Part shown: piece after piece, positions 12,301-21,894 of the stretch | Layout: the number at the start of each line of letters is the position of its first letter | Numbering within the stretch: position 1 is the first letter of the stretch | IMG/VR virus record: IMGVR_UViG_3300022602_000051 | Span: 33,957 to 97,956 of that record | Reading direction: 5' to 3' (one strand) | Origin: a virus | Length of the DNA: 64,000 nt | Notes under the pieces: generated by a model | Databases searched by the model: none | What the model was told of the DNA's origin: nothing | The model's input: the letters and a program-made list of their open reading frames with translations, nothing else | Program-made: the position numbers and the translations under genes

Positions 12301-15300
12301 TGATTGCACAGAAAGGAACACAAGCTGTTATCAACGCATATCTGCGCAACTATCAACCGCGCATTGACAGTGATATTAAACTTAATGAACAGTGGGCAAT
12401 TAAACTTGACAATTATGGTGGCACAAACCAGAACGACAAGTTAGAATTTAATATTGGTAACGCCACTTCTATTAATAATCAGTATTTGTTCCAGTTAATT
12501 CAGGATACCGATAACCGCAGCAGCGATTATAACAGCGTTAAGCCAAGTGACTTGCTTTATAAGCCACGCAATTATACAACTGATATCTTTGCACTAACTG
12601 AACCACGCCTACCAATTATTCCTACTGCTGGTCCAGTAAACACCAATGATGTTAGCGCAACTGTATTTGATATTAGTAAAATTTATAATATAAGTGGGCT
12701 AAGTCCAATACTTGGTGAAAGCAGTAAAGTTTGGATTGCTGCTGATAGCGCAAATCAATGGGGCGTTTATCGTTTAAGTCAAACCAATAATCTGGTTGTA
12801 ACTTATGTTAGCCAAGTAACGCCAACAGAACTACAATTTACCACAAGCGCACCGCATTACCTATCACAATATGATTATGTAATGATTAAAAACGGTAGGA
12901 TTGTAAGTGCTACAAGCAGCACTGCAATTGTAGATATGAGTGGTTTTTATCGTGTCAGCAGCGTTGGTAATAACACATTTAATGTAAAGATTACTAACAA
13001 TGTTACTATTGGCAATGGTAATTTGTCTGCTCAATTGTATAAGTTGGTTAATGTTCGCTATACAACAGGCAATGATTTTGCAAACTTCACGCCTGCTCGT
13101 GGTTGGGCAACTAATGAAATAGTTTACATTGACAATGGTCCTGATGGTTATAATGTAATTCAAAATACAAACAATTGGGCATACAATCAAACCAAGAGTC
13201 CTGTCTTCACCGCGCCAAGTGATAATTTTGGTAGCAGCATTAAAATTAACGATACACAAGGTTTTGCTGTAGTTGGTGCAAGTCAAAAGAACGGCAGTGG
13301 CAGTGCATTCGTTTATGGTAAGGCACAAGATAACACTTGGCAAGAATATGGCGTTTTAACTCCATATAGTGTAGTTGGTAATGCAACCGTTGTAGATAGT
13401 CGGATTGGTGGTTTTGGCAGTAATGTTGATATCAACACAAATGATATTGCATTTATAAGTGCTCCTACTGCACAAAAAGGCGCAGTATATGTTGCCAATG
13501 TTAATAGCCAGCAAAATGATTTAACACAAGTTATCCACTATGATAATCTATATGTAATTAGTGCTGGTATTTCTCAGAGCAATTCTTATTTGTTGGTAAG
13601 CAATGTAAGCACATTTGATGCTACTGCTAATATTGCGGTTCAAGCAAACTATAGTTTAGCAAACTTTGCGAATGGAATGACTGTAGCTGTGCCAGGCACA
13701 ACCACAAATGTTCAAATTGCTAACTTAAGCTATGGTTATCCTTATCATAAAATTGGTTTGACCGCAAATCTTGCAACATTGGGTGTTACTATTCCAGGTT
13801 ACTCAAAAGTTGCAATCTATCCTAATGTCACTCCTCAAAGTCAACTTGGTTATAGCATAAGTGCGAGTGGTGATGGCAATTGGTTGTATGTTGGTGAACC
13901 TAATACAAACAGTGTTTATGTTTACAAATATGCAAATGTAGCAACCGCTTACACAAATCGTATTGGCGATGGTTCTACTACAAGCTTCTCATATCCACCT
14001 GGTGCTCCTGCAACTGCAAGTGCTCTTGATATTAAAGTTTATGTTAACAGCGTTCTGCAAATACCAAATCTTGATTATATTAAGACACCTGGTCAAGCTG
14101 TTATTACATTTGATGTGCCACCAGCAAGCGGTGCAGCAATTTATATAAGTTATGAAAGCCACTATGTTGAAACAAATCGTATTGTGACCGATGATCCACA
14201 AGCAAGTGGATTTGGAACAAGCGTAAGCACAAACTATGATGGTAGTGTGGTTGTTATCGGTGCTGCTAACAGTGCTGCAACATTTACATCAACATATACA
14301 AATGCTGGTAAAATTTACATATTTGACCGCACCGCAGAAGAATTTATTGCAAATGGTGCAGTATCAACATTCCAATTAAGTAACGCATTTGCTGGTCTAA
14401 CAACAATAACAACACCATCACTCATTACAAATCCATATGTATCAGTTGATGGCGTTGATGTAACTGATTCATCAACAATCAATTATGCAACCAATCAAAT
14501 CACATTTGCAGAAACACCTGCAAACGGCAGCGTAATTCGTGTTGAATCAAATCAGTTTATCAATACAAAAATTGCTACAACTGATAGTGGTCAAAATAAC
14601 AGTTATTATGGCACTGCAGTTAAGATGTCACACGATGGCAGCAGTGTATTTGCCTCTGCAACAGGCTATGGTTTAACAAGCAGTCAAAATGGCGTGGTAT
14701 TTTATCTTGTTGATGTGCCACAAAAATATGGCACTGCCGTTGGAACCGCATCTAACTTTACTATTGCTGCAAACAGCAGTATACGCATTAATGATTATCT
14801 TGTTACATTTGGTGTTCATAAAAATCCACCATTTATTACAACTTATTATGATAGTGATGTATACCAAGCTGCAAGTGCTATTAATTCTGCAAATATTCCA
14901 CATGTGTCAGCTACTGTTCTTGCAAATAACGCAATTTCTATTTCCAGTAGCGACATTACAAGTGCGGCTAAACTGCGTTTGCGCAATGAATATGGCAATG
15001 TTCTTAACACAATGGGTATTACTCAATGGCAAACTGTGCAGCGTTTAAGCAATCCAATTGCACAGGATACAGCATACTTTGGTGAAATCTTAAGCTTAAG
15101 TCCAGATGGAAGAAGCCTTGTTGTTGGTAGCACGCTAAGCAATACTAAAACAACAACTACTTTTGATAGCCAAACAACAACATTTGATAGCGCAAGTGTG
15201 CGATTTATTGACACCGTATATCGCAGTGGTGCTGCACATGTGTATGAGTATCAAGCACTCGCTGATGAAAACTACAGCAGCTATGGCAGCTTTGCTTATG

Positions 15301-18300
15301 CAACCCTACTCAATGACCAGTTTGCCAAGAGTTATGATCGCTATGGCAGTGGCGTTGATGTAAGCACAAACTATATTATGGTTGGTGCACCACATGCAAA
15401 CATCCTCAATAATCCTACTGGCGCAATGTATGTTTACTATAATCGCAATGCACAACCAGTATGGCAAACTATTCGCAGTGGTGGCGTTGATTATGATAGC
15501 CGTAAGATAGACCGCGTTTATATCTATAACAGCACAACTGCGACACTTATTGCAGAACTGCCAGTATATGATTTAATAAATGGATTCTTACCAAATGAGA
15601 GCGAAACATATATTGACTATACAGTAAATTATGATCCTGCTGTTTATAATCAGGTTCCAACTACTATAAGCTTTAACTATGACCGCAAAAATGCTTGGGG
15701 TAAAGAGCGAGTTGGTAAGCTATGGTGGGATACTAACAGCATCAAGTATTATGACAACTCTCAAGGCAGCGTATTAGATAGATTTAATTATTGGGGTCTT
15801 GCTTTCCCTGCAAGCACAGTCAATGTATATGAATGGGTTGAAAGTTTAGTTCCACCAAGTCAATATATTGGAAAAAGCCCAATCAATACTCCACTTTACA
15901 CCGTCAATGATGTGTATACAAGTGCAGTTGAAATTGATAGCGCAACAGGGCAAGCAGTTACAAAATACTATTTCTGGGTAAAGAATAGTAATTTAAGCAA
16001 TAGCAATCGTCCAAGTGCATTTGAAATTCAAGGCTATTTGAGTTCTCCACGCGCAATCAGTGAGCCATTTGCTGCTGTTATCAGTCCAAATTCTCTTGCT
16101 GTGTTTAATGCATCAAGCCTTATAAGCTTTGATACAAATCTTGCTATTGAATACAAGACTGAACAAAAACCACAATTAATTCATACCGAATGGACACTGT
16201 TTGATGATGGCACTGATTTAGGCGTTGCAACCGAGTTCCTTAACAAGCTTAATGACAGCTTAACTGGTCAAGATAGCAGCGGCAGAATCATACCTGATCC
16301 AAAGCTACCTATCGGTCAAAAATATGGCATGAGTGTTGTGCCTCGTCAAAGCCTATTTAAAGAACAATATACTGGTCGTCAGTTGTTTATTGAAAATATA
16401 AATGGTGTGTGCGCGACATATCCTATGGTATTGACAAGACCAGAGGCAATTATTGCTCTTAACTATTTTGAACCGCTACCAGATATTACACAGTATAAAA
16501 CGCAAGTTGCTAACATTACTGAACTTGGTTATCTTAACAAAGAAGTTTACAAGCCAGGCGACCGTGTATTAGTTGTAAGTGATAGTAACAACTATACCAA
16601 TGGTTGGAGTTTGTATCAACTTAACTATGTTTCCCCTGATACAAGAAGTTGGGAAATTGTTCAAGTTCAAACTTACAATGTAAACAGCTATTGGAGTTAT
16701 GCAGATTGGTATAGCACCAATTATAATCCAAATCTGCTGCCAACATATACAGTCAATACCGACAACGATATTGCAAACTTAAAGTTAAATGTAAATGATA
16801 CCATTTATGTAACTAATAGTTCAAGTGGTGGTTGGAAATTAGTGCTTGTCAATAGCAATAATTTAGAATTGCTTGCACAACAAAATGCTACAATTCAATT
16901 TAATGAAAATCTGTATAATTTGGTTGCTGCTAATCAAGGCTTCCAAACAAGCAGTTTCCAAAACGTAGGATTTGATGCCGATAGCAATCTTGAATTTAAT
17001 TATATTTTTGATGTAATTCAAAACAAGCTGTTGATAAGCGAATATCGCAGTGAATACAAAGCAGCAATCAAACTTATGATTGATACTATTGCAACACAGC
17101 ATCAACAAACAGATTGGATGATGAAGACTTCATTTGTTGATATCTACCATCGTGTTCGTGGTCTTGATCAACTGCCAGTTTATCTGCCACAACCAGAAAG
17201 CACTGTCACTGATTTCTTCAGCGAAGTTAAACCATATCATACTAAACTCAAGCAATATATTGCAACTTATGATAACAGCGATGCTATTGATTATGCTTAT
17301 GCATCTACAACTGACTTTGATTTGCAACCATATAAAAATAGCACTATCAACAAATATCGCAGTCCACAGTTAGGCAACAGTCTTGATACAAATGCACTTA
17401 CCAATCAAGCAGTCTATCAACCATGGGTTCAAAATCATACCTATAGCATTGAACGCATTGACATGGTTGATATCGGTGCTGGTTATGATGCAACCACAAC
17501 TGTAACTATTGTTGGCGATGGAACAGGCGCAAAAGCCACAGCTTATATTCTCAATAATACAGTTTATACAATAACTGTCACTGATCCAGGCGTTGGCTAT
17601 ACATATGCAAATGTTTTGATACATGGCGTTGGAACTGGTGCATCTGCTGTTGCTATTATTGGTGGCGGTTTAGCGCGTAACATTGACACGCATATTAAGT
17701 ATGACCGTTATACATACTTTAACTCTATTCAAGATTGGGCAGCAAATACTGCTTACACACTCAACACTGTTGTTGTTTATAGTGAACAACCATATCGTGT
17801 AACTGTTGCGCATACAAGTGGAACCACTTTTGATGCAACTAAATTTGTTCCACTTGTTGTAAAAGTTTGGTATCCACAAACGCAATATGCTCTTAATGAT
17901 GTTGTAATCTATCAAAATACAGCATATACTGCAAATGCGGAATTTACAAGCGCACTAACATTTGATACTGCAAATCTAACACCATATAGTGGTGTTTGGC
18001 TTGATAATGCGTGTGACCGTGTGTGGGCATATTACAGCCCAATGAGTGGCATGGCAGGTCGTGACCTTGCACAAGTTATGACAGGCATCAATTATGACGC
18101 TAATCAAATCATTGGTCCAAACTTTAACCAAACTCCTGGTTATGATGTTACCAATTATGATTATATCTCATATGACTATGAAACATTCAATGCTGAAAAT
18201 GTTGCCGACACATATGGTCCACAAGCAGAAGACACATATATACAAAGCTTCTTTACGGACAGTGGTTTAGGTCTTCGCCCACAAGATATTAACATTGTCG

Positions 18301-20237
18301 GCGGTGACTTTATTGATGCTTACAGCAGCCATGCACCAGAAGAGTTTGTGCCTGGTCAAGTTCTTGACACATTGGATATTCGTGTTGTAACACAACCAGT
18401 TACAAATGGTGGACCAGATATTAAGATAATTGCTTCAAATTACAGCGGATCAAAAACATTTAGTTTTGATCCACAAATAACTGGAGTAGAATATCCTGTT
18501 GGTGGTATTGAAAAGTTCTATATCATTGATTCAACAATCGGTCCTATTGCAGAAAATGTAAAGTATAGTGTGGATTATCAAACAAAAACAATTACTATTA
18601 CATATACTCCACAAACTGGAACATTTTTGTATATCATGATGATTGGTGCAAATGGTGTAAATCCAGTATATGACCAAGATTATTATGCAGACGGCATTCA
18701 AACTGACTTTGATATTCCTGGCTTTACACTTGCAAGTGTTGGTCAAGCCTATGTCAAAGTGAATGGCACTGCAGTTTCTAACTGGTCACTTGTTGACAAA
18801 TTAGAAAATGGCAACACTGTATTAGCTGTTCGCTTTACAACTGCTCCAAATGCTAATGATTTTGTTCAAGTTCACCTATTCAATGTTGCAGTGGGAACAC
18901 GCGCATATAGTGAATGGTACGAACAAACATTCTCAATCGCATCACCTGCTTATCCAAGTGGTTATAATTTTACATTGCAAAATCCAGAAATTTATAACGA
19001 ACCTATCAGCAGTTATGCAATTGTTCGACTAAATGGCAGTGATTTGTTACCACCACAACAAAGTTATTATATCGGTGATGGCGTAACAACTGCCTATAGC
19101 TTAACTAATAGTTGGGTAGAAAACATTGCTAATATTACTGACGCTGAAATAATCGTTGTTGTTGATGGCGTTCTGCTTAATCGCGGTATTGATTACACCG
19201 TTTATCATGATCCACTTAACATAGCAATGCCAGTCGTTAACTTCACAACTGCTCCTTTAGTTGGCACTAGTATTGTTATAAGCGACAGCAGCCAAAGTGA
19301 TTTTAAAATTTACAATGGAAATCAGTTAACGCTGCGTCCTTACGTTTCTATTGTTCCAAACAGCATATTAACTATATTAACACAAGGTAATCATAATTCA
19401 AATAATCAATATACTAAATTGTTTAGTGGCAGCACAAGCAATATAAGTGTTGTTGATAATGGTCTTGACAGCAATGGTTTTGATACAAGCGGTCTTGATA
19501 ATGAATTAAGCAGCTTTATTGGTGCAGTTTATTATACTCTTCCAAACAGTGTCAATAACGTAAATGAAATTTATGTTACATTAAAGCAAGCTGGCACAAC
19601 GGGTGGTCAAGTATTATTGCCATATCGTGACTTTATTCTTGCAACTCCAACAACACTGTTGATAAGCAACACAATAAGTGTGAGTGCTAATAGCACTATC
19701 ACTGTTCGTATCTTTGGTGAACCAGTGCGTGAATACACTGTTGAATTCCGTGTATTCAAAGATATGCGTGACAATACTCGTTATTATGGCGTTCATCGCA
19801 TATCAACAGTATTGACTGCTAATCTTGCACCTACTGATGAATGGATATACGTAGAAGACGCAAGTGTTCTGCAAGCACCACAAACTAATACAAACAATGC
19901 TGGCATTGCCTTCATTAATGGTGAACGCATTGCATATGGCGTTGTTGACAGTGTAAACAATAGACTTGGAAACTTGCGCCGTGGAACAAGCGGAACTGGT
20001 ATAGCTAATCTATATCAAAGTGGAACACTGGTGACAGATAGCAGCAGCTTGCTTGAAATACCTGGCAGTCAAGAAACTTATAAAACCACACCAATTCCTA
20101 CATATATATCTAATGGAAACACAAGCATATATGTGCCAGCTAATGGAACTATTCGCCAAAGTCCATTGCTAACAACACTTGGTGAAAGTATTCAAATAAG
20201 TTCTTCAAATTTTGCACAGTTTATTAGGGCACAATAA
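6369..20237 (+). CDS. Giant (4622 aa) virion structural protein, probably baseplate wedge/fibre, with FG-GAP-like repeats and CBM5/12-like W-x5-Y motifs
   Basis: Uninterrupted 13.9-kb ORF after the gp6-like gene. Repeats include FGSSIKIN, LGYSISASGDG, FGTSVSTNYDG, YGTAVKMSHDG and FGEILSLSPDG; motifs WAPYTDYYTGDIV, WAANTAYTLNTVV and WYPQTQYALNDVV. Confidence 0.75.
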   Translation: MASKRKSINFLPQVFNTLGNKRFLNATMDPLIQEPSLKKIYGYIGEQDQSPVFNKTDYYINESDNYSQFYQLEPGVVINKRQLGTNTYKIDNVYNYVDLLNQISADGGLNNNHDRLFTNRYYSYNGFVDLDKLTNYRQYYWVPGGPLPVDVTANATATQQDFYIHRNSYIANNETELQSAALGETGYSVDGYTNVVNPTITLVRGGVYNFHVNQGTQFWIQTEIGTSGESSVQNNISTRDVLGVANNGDESGTITFSVPLATAQDYLINYPTLTQTVDIIIDGITYDQLQGQNYDTFIQSNSLDGVKSFDGKYVVFTSVTGFTGVDTSQYGGVWQINVDNSATLPNGDVNPDYRNMNLTYIAPWTNLYKVFVSQGDAYGHVYAYKNNVGVITKFPTLSAAQSVLYYCDGENPLVYGTIRLVDPTPNSLLNVNDIIGKTNYTSPNGVQFTTGLKVKFVGLVVPSEYQNNEYIVEGVGSAIKLIKYSDLVTPETINTNLGVSYGNGQGFDADGTGYDGASNSPEEKDYITINRASVDGNSWSRNNRWFHRDVLQYAADLNNISYSFDNTEQAKRPIVEFLPNLKLFNYGTNYRGSVTCIDSVTTNAFSQVEGFNSYAVKTNGVFNSDGIQLLNGVTVMFINDADPTVRATLYQVQNNKTRAPVTSSVLTDGYSPAGSTALYINNLGSIVESQHVTGTGIAPNTTVVYVDTTNSIVYINNPITQEIASGSTIFFDNSYDQIHLVPIKVFANGDTVVAMEGDVNQGNMFYYVDGVWNLAQVRNSRPQFPLFDIINTDSVSLGDLTAYPSSTFTGSKLFGYAIGPSTGTRDSELGFPLVYKSIGNLGDIVFQNYYQTDTFDYNLNQIDQKVNVDVGYAAVINGFNDYTFANGWYRVSDKSKQYISQVFNATEISLNNFDLGVVYENSYYENNIFVYVNGELQSNSTYTLKTSATTSLIVFNQDLNAGDRVFVKVYGLTNQYKQTYTMPRNLTNNSENTEFTTITLGQLRNHLIEIGDNLLNLVGEPAGANNFRDLNFNYVGGKLLQHSASMRPAALLIANSDVDPVQIIRYAADSYNIFKNQLLNYISNTQFPDPTNYRACLDLILNQFYALGNSSSPFYYTDMAPSGTNYINSTYTVQNTNYRSFGLTKTYDAFTKNFASVMVYWNGTLLINNHDYIITNKTITIASSVDLVRGDTIAINEYASTLGCNIPATPTKLGIYPKFEPQIVSDDTYVPAEVQENFEYTVSGIIGHDGSFTVAWGDYRDNILLEFEKRVYNNITTTYANDSDVDLPSIVPGAFRLTDYSIGEWTQLLAPAYLRWANSNNVDIFTNNTATGNPFTWNYSSGVDKLFYTNVPGYWRGIYNYFYDTDRPHTNPWEMLGFSEQPSWWENRYGPAPYTSANTVLWGDLELGFIYGGNPNASYIDSRYSRPGLSQIIPVDEHGNLIAPNLSVITRYDANLATQNWTVGDQSPAETAWRRSSDYPFAVMIAWFLARPAEWAALKYNTRDLAYNASLNQYINSNTNNRVFDFSVTNASNYIPGYNVWLQDYLVSNNLDVTENWLNVVNNSTFNLVYKMGAYTDKSYLTVVADQVSPQSTNSSVIIPQENYRVKVTKSAPVARAIYSAVVVQKTTDGYQLSGFDKERPYFLTIPSLVSANNYGITVGNDTAIIYMDASPGIVSYPYGTVFNTKQQVVDFFVSYGRYLESQGFSFQDFLSDNTTKQDWTLAAKEFLFWDQQSWGTNTVISVTPTGTSLTFNSSYGVVDTISNTNNYTKVIDSDNTTLTGRDYRVYRDDNDFSITLKNTQKGIHLLDIAIVQYEHTLIFDNTTVFNDILYDEQTGSRQFRLRIDGSKTQDWNGSLYAPGFFVNVSDIPEWAPYTDYYTGDIVLFKTQYYAAQNFVPGSASFKSSDWYVINGDLLSKDLIPNMASGAAQFINFHDPDATDLNSAADALSKSETGFSPRQYFTDLGLDTTTQYKFYLGMIAQKGTQAVINAYLRNYQPRIDSDIKLNEQWAIKLDNYGGTNQNDKLEFNIGNATSINNQYLFQLIQDTDNRSSDYNSVKPSDLLYKPRNYTTDIFALTEPRLPIIPTAGPVNTNDVSATVFDISKIYNISGLSPILGESSKVWIAADSANQWGVYRLSQTNNLVVTYVSQVTPTELQFTTSAPHYLSQYDYVMIKNGRIVSATSSTAIVDMSGFYRVSSVGNNTFNVKITNNVTIGNGNLSAQLYKLVNVRYTTGNDFANFTPARGWATNEIVYIDNGPDGYNVIQNTNNWAYNQTKSPVFTAPSDNFGSSIKINDTQGFAVVGASQKNGSGSAFVYGKAQDNTWQEYGVLTPYSVVGNATVVDSRIGGFGSNVDINTNDIAFISAPTAQKGAVYVANVNSQQNDLTQVIHYDNLYVISAGISQSNSYLLVSNVSTFDATANIAVQANYSLANFANGMTVAVPGTTTNVQIANLSYGYPYHKIGLTANLATLGVTIPGYSKVAIYPNVTPQSQLGYSISASGDGNWLYVGEPNTNSVYVYKYANVATAYTNRIGDGSTTSFSYPPGAPATASALDIKVYVNSVLQIPNLDYIKTPGQAVITFDVPPASGAAIYISYESHYVETNRIVTDDPQASGFGTSVSTNYDGSVVVIGAANSAATFTSTYTNAGKIYIFDRTAEEFIANGAVSTFQLSNAFAGLTTITTPSLITNPYVSVDGVDVTDSSTINYATNQITFAETPANGSVIRVESNQFINTKIATTDSGQNNSYYGTAVKMSHDGSSVFASATGYGLTSSQNGVVFYLVDVPQKYGTAVGTASNFTIAANSSIRINDYLVTFGVHKNPPFITTYYDSDVYQAASAINSANIPHVSATVLANNAISISSSDITSAAKLRLRNEYGNVLNTMGITQWQTVQRLSNPIAQDTAYFGEILSLSPDGRSLVVGSTLSNTKTTTTFDSQTTTFDSASVRFIDTVYRSGAAHVYEYQALADENYSSYGSFAYATLLNDQFAKSYDRYGSGVDVSTNYIMVGAPHANILNNPTGAMYVYYNRNAQPVWQTIRSGGVDYDSRKIDRVYIYNSTTATLIAELPVYDLINGFLPNESETYIDYTVNYDPAVYNQVPTTISFNYDRKNAWGKERVGKLWWDTNSIKYYDNSQGSVLDRFNYWGLAFPASTVNVYEWVESLVPPSQYIGKSPINTPLYTVNDVYTSAVEIDSATGQAVTKYYFWVKNSNLSNSNRPSAFEIQGYLSSPRAISEPFAAVISPNSLAVFNASSLISFDTNLAIEYKTEQKPQLIHTEWTLFDDGTDLGVATEFLNKLNDSLTGQDSSGRIIPDPKLPIGQKYGMSVVPRQSLFKEQYTGRQLFIENINGVCATYPMVLTRPEAIIALNYFEPLPDITQYKTQVANITELGYLNKEVYKPGDRVLVVSDSNNYTNGWSLYQLNYVSPDTRSWEIVQVQTYNVNSYWSYADWYSTNYNPNLLPTYTVNTDNDIANLKLNVNDTIYVTNSSSGGWKLVLVNSNNLELLAQQNATIQFNENLYNLVAANQGFQTSSFQNVGFDADSNLEFNYIFDVIQNKLLISEYRSEYKAAIKLMIDTIATQHQQTDWMMKTSFVDIYHRVRGLDQLPVYLPQPESTVTDFFSEVKPYHTKLKQYIATYDNSDAIDYAYASTTDFDLQPYKNSTINKYRSPQLGNSLDTNALTNQAVYQPWVQNHTYSIERIDMVDIGAGYDATTTVTIVGDGTGAKATAYILNNTVYTITVTDPGVGYTYANVLIHGVGTGASAVAIIGGGLARNIDTHIKYDRYTYFNSIQDWAANTAYTLNTVVVYSEQPYRVTVAHTSGTTFDATKFVPLVVKVWYPQTQYALNDVVIYQNTAYTANAEFTSALTFDTANLTPYSGVWLDNACDRVWAYYSPMSGMAGRDLAQVMTGINYDANQIIGPNFNQTPGYDVTNYDYISYDYETFNAENVADTYGPQAEDTYIQSFFTDSGLGLRPQDINIVGGDFIDAYSSHAPEEFVPGQVLDTLDIRVVTQPVTNGGPDIKIIASNYSGSKTFSFDPQITGVEYPVGGIEKFYIIDSTIGPIAENVKYSVDYQTKTITITYTPQTGTFLYIMMIGANGVNPVYDQDYYADGIQTDFDIPGFTLASVGQAYVKVNGTAVSNWSLVDKLENGNTVLAVRFTTAPNANDFVQVHLFNVAVGTRAYSEWYEQTFSIASPAYPSGYNFTLQNPEIYNEPISSYAIVRLNGSDLLPPQQSYYIGDGVTTAYSLTNSWVENIANITDAEIIVVVDGVLLNRGIDYTVYHDPLNIAMPVVNFTTAPLVGTSIVISDSSQSDFKIYNGNQLTLRPYVSIVPNSILTILTQGNHNSNNQYTKLFSGSTSNISVVDNGLDSNGFDTSGLDNELSSFIGAVYYTLPNSVNNVNEIYVTLKQAGTTGGQVLLPYRDFILATPTTLLISNTISVSANSTITVRIFGEPVREYTVEFRVFKDMRDNTRYYGVHRISTVLTANLAPTDEWIYVEDASVLQAPQTNTNNAGIAFINGERIAYGVVDSVNNRLGNLRRGTSGTGIANLYQSGTLVTDSSSLLEIPGSQETYKTTPIPTYISNGNTSIYVPANGTIRQSPLLTTLGESIQISSSNFAQFIRAQ

Positions 20238-20917
20238 TGAAAAAACCAGAGGTAATTAAACCAATAAATACTAACAACAATAAAAACGGAAGTGAAAAGA
20301 TGAATCGTCCTAATGAAACAGGTGGAATTGTGGTAAGTGGTCATATTAAGATATTTGACCCTAATAGTGGAGAAGTATTTGTAAACAAACGCAATGCAAT
20401 CCATTATGAAAATTTTTCACTTGCACTTGCACAAAGTATCAGCAATAGCCAACAAGGTTGGATTAGCGAAATGGCGTTTGGTAACGGCGGCACATCCGTG
20501 GACCCAACTGGCGTTATTACATATTTGCCCACTAATACTACAGGCAGCAACAGTTCACTTTACAATCAAACATATTATAAAGTTGTTGACAATTATAGTA
20601 ACTATAATACTGATCCAACACGCAATAATATTAGTATTCGTCATACTGCTGGCACAGTTTATAGTGATATCTTTGTTACTTGCACACTTGACTATGGTGA
20701 GCCAAGTGGACAACAAGCTTTTGATAACAGCACAAATATCAATGATACCTTTGTTTTTGATGAACTTGGATTAAAAGCTTGGAATGGAACTGTTGATACT
20801 GGTAACCTTTTAACGCATGTTATCTTCCATCCAATTCAAAAAAGTTTGAATCGTTTAATTCAAATTGATTATACAGTTCGTGTTCAAACCCTTACAAATC
20901 TAACATCACAGGCGTAA
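20237..20917 (+). CDS. Baseplate-region structural protein (true start may be ATG 20300)
   Basis: GHIKIFD...KRNAIHYEN...FDELGL...LLTHVIFHPIQKSLNR. An internal TAAATA at 20265-20270 and a GGAAG SD precede ATG 20300. Confidence 0.65.
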   Translation: MKKPEVIKPINTNNNKNGSEKMNRPNETGGIVVSGHIKIFDPNSGEVFVNKRNAIHYENFSLALAQSISNSQQGWISEMAFGNGGTSVDPTGVITYLPTNTTGSNSSLYNQTYYKVVDNYSNYNTDPTRNNISIRHTAGTVYSDIFVTCTLDYGEPSGQQAFDNSTNINDTFVFDELGLKAWNGTVDTGNLLTHVIFHPIQKSLNRLIQIDYTVRVQTLTNLTSQA

Positions 20918-20920
20918 CCG

Positions 20921-21865
20921 ATGACATTTTATATTAACTATACCAACGGTGCAAACTTAACAGCTATCAGTGACGGTACAATCAATACTAACAGCACAAG
21001 TATAACTCTTATCGGTAAAAACTTTCCAACCTATGGTCAGCTATTAAATCAAGACCTTGTGAGCATGTTAGAAAACTTCTCTAACACAACAAGTCCAAAC
21101 AATCCACTTGTTGGGCAACTATGGTATGATAGCGGAAATAATCTGCTTAAGTTCTATCGTGGTGGAACTGCAAATAATTACTGGCAAACTATTCCAAATT
21201 TATTATATAACGCAACAACACCAACCAGTCCACAACAAAGTGATTTTTGGTGGGATGCAACTAACCAACAGCTAAAGTTTTATGACCAAATGAATTGGAT
21301 TACAGTTGGTCCACAAACTACCAATGATGGTCTCAACCGTGTTAGTGGAACCAACAGCTTTATTGTGCAGATTGGTGGCAATAATGTATTCACAGTAGAT
21401 GCTTATGGTCGTGTAAATGCAGCTTATAATCCAGTTGTTCAAGGCACTGGTTTATCTGGCAATGTTGTTTTTACTGGTAGTGGTTTGTCCACGCCTTCTA
21501 CAATGGTTCCAAGTGCAGTTCCTATCAATATTGGCAGCTATTTTAATACTGGAACTGGTGTCTTTACTTGCCCAGTTGCTGGTATCTATTTTGTTACTGC
21601 AACTGCCACAAGTCTTGGATATGGCAGTTCTGCGCCAGATACAACACAATCAATTACTTGGTGGAAGAACCAAAGCCCAGTTAATATTGCATCGGTCGTT
21701 AAAAATCCATCAAGTTTACAAAGTGATACATTCAATATTCAAATGGTTGCAACAGGTTATATTCAATGTAATGCGGGTGATATCTTGCAATGTGTTATGG
21801 CTGCTAATGCTGGCGGACAAATTGACTATAACAACGCAACTCTGGGTATAAGATTAGTTGGCTAA
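20921..21865 (+). CDS. Short fibre/receptor-binding protein with C-terminal C1q-like domain
   Basis: Shared N-terminal anchor (TLIGKNF..YGQ..N...LENF...P..GQLW); C1q-like signature FNTGTGVFTCPVAGIYFV. Confidence 0.65.
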   Translation: MTFYINYTNGANLTAISDGTINTNSTSITLIGKNFPTYGQLLNQDLVSMLENFSNTTSPNNPLVGQLWYDSGNNLLKFYRGGTANNYWQTIPNLLYNATTPTSPQQSDFWWDATNQQLKFYDQMNWITVGPQTTNDGLNRVSGTNSFIVQIGGNNVFTVDAYGRVNAAYNPVVQGTGLSGNVVFTGSGLSTPSTMVPSAVPINIGSYFNTGTGVFTCPVAGIYFVTATATSLGYGSSAPDTTQSITWWKNQSPVNIASVVKNPSSLQSDTFNIQMVATGYIQCNAGDILQCVMAANAGGQIDYNNATLGIRLVG

Positions 21866-21869
21866 CCAA

Positions 21870-21875
21870 TAAATA
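21870..21875 (+). promoter_or_regulatory. Late promoter core TAAATA
   Basis: Intergenic, upstream of ATG 21895. Confidence 0.6.
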
Positions 21876-21894
21876 ATAGTGTTGGGATTTAGCT

